Shown here in pieces: positions 61,500 to 64,000 of a stretch of 64,000 nucleotides of DNA; the stretch's first letter is position 1, and each line of letters opens with the position of its first letter. Under the pieces are notes generated by a model. The model had not been told where the DNA came from. It saw nothing but the letters and a program-made list of their open reading frames with translations, and did not search any database. Source of the stretch: Basidiobolus meristosporus CBS 931.73 (Eukaryota; Fungi; Basidiobolomycota); assembly GCA_002104905.1 (NCBI GenBank), contig MCFE01000194.1:71951-135950 (forward strand), given 5' to 3'. Position numbers and translations under genes: made by a program.

Positions 61500-61581
61500 G
61501 ACACTTTGGCGGAGTGGTTAACGCGGTGCCCTGCTAAGGCATTTCCCTATGGGAGCGCAGGTTCGAATCCTGCAGGTGTCG
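61500..61581 (+). tRNA. tRNA-Ser-GCT: tRNA-Ser(GCT), unit 2
   Basis: Identical to 55,602-55,683. Confidence 0.95.
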
Positions 61582-61776
61582 TCTCTTTTTTATTTTTCTC
61601 GATTAGCTTGGCATACTTGCATGATCAACGTTTGAAAGCATTCAGGACCTAATGCAAACCCACCATAAGCCAAGATATTTTTCTTCTTCTGATATTGTAA
61701 GCTCTATCCTTGTCGCCTTTGGTTAAGTCTTACGCCACCAAGAAATAGAAAGTAAGCGCTATAGCTTTTGAGAAAG

Positions 61777-61850
61777 TCCTACTAGTCTAGTGGGTAAGAT
61801 ATTGTGACAGGAATAGAGCTCAAGTCCCTGGTTCAGTTCTCCGGTAGTAA
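61777..61850 (+). pseudogene. tRNA-like pseudogene, unit 2
   Basis: Identical to 55,879-55,952. Confidence 0.4.
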
Positions 61851-62164
61851 GTGATTATTTGACTACCAAAAGGGCAGCCTTACGAGGTTATGCAGAGATA
61901 TTTTATGATAAAGATCAAGGCTATTGGGTGACATGAAACTAAAAATAACTCTTTAACTAACCCTAAGTACCTACAACAAATTTGGACATTTTTATGCAAG
62001 ATGCTGAGCTTGTCCGATTTGCTAGAGTGATCCTACCTTGGAGCCAACATGAGAGAATCAGTCAGCTACAAAATAAACTGGAAAGGGTGGGACAGATATC
62101 CAGCTGAGTCAATGATTGTACCCGTGCAAAAACAAACCATTGCAAGAACTAGGCTAAAAGAGAA

Positions 62165-62238
62165 TGCTCACAGCAGGGGTCGAACCTGCGACCTTGGCGT
62201 TATTAGCACCACGCTCTAACCAACTGAGCTATGCGAGC
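62165..62238 (-). tRNA. tRNA-Ile-AAT: tRNA-Ile(AAT), unit 2
   Basis: Identical to 56,267-56,340. Confidence 0.95.
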
Positions 62239-62243
62239 ATATA

Positions 62244-62325
62244 CGACGACAGCAGGATTTGAACCTGCGCGGGCAGAGCCCATATGATTTCTAGTCATAC
62301 GCCTTAACCACTCGGCCATATCGTC
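62244..62325 (-). tRNA. tRNA-Ser-AGA: tRNA-Ser(AGA), unit 2
   Basis: Identical to 56,346-56,427. Confidence 0.95.
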
Positions 62326-62518
62326 AAGTACACGCTTCTCGAGCAAAAATCAACACAACCGGTCAGATGATAGCTTTGAGCAGGAAAGGACCGGGGACCG
62401 AGAATATTAACAGGTGTAAAGGTGATCTGACCAGAATAGTGCACTGTTTTATTGCTGAAATGTTGTACTCATTATCAGCATGGCTCTCAAAATAGATCGA
62501 TAAACCGTGTAAAAGACA

Positions 62519-62590
62519 AGGTCTCGCCGAGAATCGAACTCGGATTACAGGATTCAAAGTCCTGGGTGCTAACCATTACACCACGAAACC
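62519..62590 (-). tRNA. tRNA-Gln-TTG: tRNA-Gln(TTG), unit 2
   Basis: Identical to 56,621-56,692. Confidence 0.95.
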
Positions 62591-62737
62591 AACTCGACTA
62601 GGACGCATTTGGATTGGTACTCTCAAGCGCATGAGCACATGGTTCTCTGGTCTTTAACAGAGAAGCCAATGTCACCATTTGCCCGCATAGAGTCAAAACA
62701 TCAAAGACAGCCATGCTCTGGCATATTCAATAAAAAT

Positions 62738-62820
62738 TGGTAACAGTGAGATTCGAACTCACGCCTCTTACGAGACCGCAACTTGAGTGCGGCGCCTTAG
62801 ACCAACTCGGCCATGTTACC
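62738..62820 (-). tRNA. tRNA-Leu-CAA: tRNA-Leu(CAA), unit 2
   Basis: Identical to 56,840-56,922. Confidence 0.95.
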
Positions 62821-63135
62821 AGCTTGTACACAAACAGGCAATGTCATAACACTAAGCGATAGCTGATAACATATCCGCATAGCTTAAGGGGAGGGGGGGG
62901 GGGAAGAAAGGATACCTTCGCTACTCATGCGGCATCTGTTCTCTCAAGCACAATATTATCCAAGACGTATTTGCACCCTGATTGCCACATTTCTTCAGAC
63001 AGATCTTCCAAATATAATCTACGGATTTGTATACTATGTGAAAGGCAAAATACAATTATAATGCTAGGACCTCCTTAGGTAAATCTATATATACATTTTC
63101 CAAAAATGTATGCTCTTTAACTAGGGCTTCATCAA

Positions 63136-63208
63136 GGGGGTCTAGCTCAGATGGTAGAGCGCTCGCTTAGCATGCGAGAGGCACTGGGATCGATACCCAG
63201 GTCCTCCA
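63136..63208 (+). tRNA. tRNA-Ala-AGC: tRNA-Ala(AGC), unit 2
   Basis: Identical to 57,239-57,311. Confidence 0.95.
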
Positions 63209-63387
63209 TGGAACTTTCTCTATTTTGCAGTAGATACATTTTGCTGGTTAACTCGTTTACGCAGCGGTTTATTCAATTTTCATCATGGGTTCTCTTAGAT
63301 TTCGGTACAATCAAGGTTCAAAAATTTCTATCTAAATAGTCGAAAAATTTCTGTAGAGCAAAACATTCAGATGTCAAAAATAAAGGT

Positions 63388-63460
63388 CACCCAACGTGGG
63401 GGTCGAACCCACAACCTTGAGATTAAGAGTCTCACGCTCTACCGATTGAGCTAGCCGGGC
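63388..63460 (-). tRNA. tRNA-Lys-CTT: tRNA-Lys(CTT), unit 2
   Basis: Identical to 57,491-57,563. Confidence 0.95.
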
Positions 63461-63968
63461 TAAGTGCATTCGAGTCCCCTCTAAAGTATCTTTTGTTGCT
63501 TTCGAGATTGGTGACTTTCAAATCCGAAAGTCAAAGTAGCCGGCATTCAATTAGTTGACTCAGTATCTCTTGAAGCATGTGTGAGGGTACAAAGCAAAAT
63601 GACTTCAAATGTATGCTTTTATACTTTCCTCAATATTTGACACATGCGCTGAGTTATCATATTCAAGGCTAGTAACTGTACAGGGGATGAATTAGTTGTG
63701 ATTCCATATAATACGTTGCAATGGTGCATTTGATGGATGCTCACCACATCCAGGCTCAAGTTGCAAGCACGTAAGGAAGGCAAGCAGCCTTGCGTATAAT
63801 TTGCTTAGGCAATGTGGATAACGCCAAAAGAAAATGGCATCTCCGCATATTTAAGTATGCACTGGGCAAGCCTCTAATTGCACCATTTCTAACAACACAC
63901 CAAAGGGGAAAGAATCAAAGCAAAAGTTTAATGAATAGAATTTTCTTTTCTCAACTACAAAGTAAGTA

Positions 63969-64000
63969 GCTCTTGTGGCGCAATTGGCTAGCGCGTCTGA
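63969..64000 (+). tRNA. tRNA-Asn-GTT: tRNA-Asn(GTT), unit 2, 5' part only (window edge)
   Basis: Identical to the first 32 nt of 58,072-58,145. Confidence 0.9.

Larger units (their letters stand above)
60011..64000 (+). repeat. Tandem repeat unit 2 (runs off the window)
   Basis: Offset +5,898, then +5,897 after the poly-G tract. Confidence 0.97.

Overview
Fungal genomic DNA, most likely an early-diverging lineage (inferred from Opi1, 7TM-RGS and CBM19 genes and 54-76 nt introns). It has four zones. (1) 1-~41.4 kb: AT-rich, strongly CpG-depleted graveyard of nested, decayed transposons. It holds two Copia families primed by the 5' half of initiator tRNA (one full-length copy with a GGGTA target duplication), a third LTR family, two-ORF CACTA/tnp2-type remnants and two copies of a foldback element with 344-bp arms and AAT target duplications. 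(2) ~42-50.2 kb: GC/CpG-rich gene island with a 7TM-RGS receptor, a GPI-anchored Ser/Thr-rich wall protein, a spliced hypothetical gene, an Opi1-family factor and a secreted Cys-rich protein. (3) 50.7-54.1 kb: another decayed Copia carrying two solo LTRs. (4) 54,113-end: a near-identical 5,898-bp tandem repeat. Each unit carries a secreted four-module CBM19-like protein with Kex2-type spacers and 12 tRNA genes with 12 different anticodons, including a tRNA-Ser/tRNA-Ile pair 5 nt apart and the tRNA-iMet that matches the Copia primer-binding sites. All calls were made by eye; no database searches were run.
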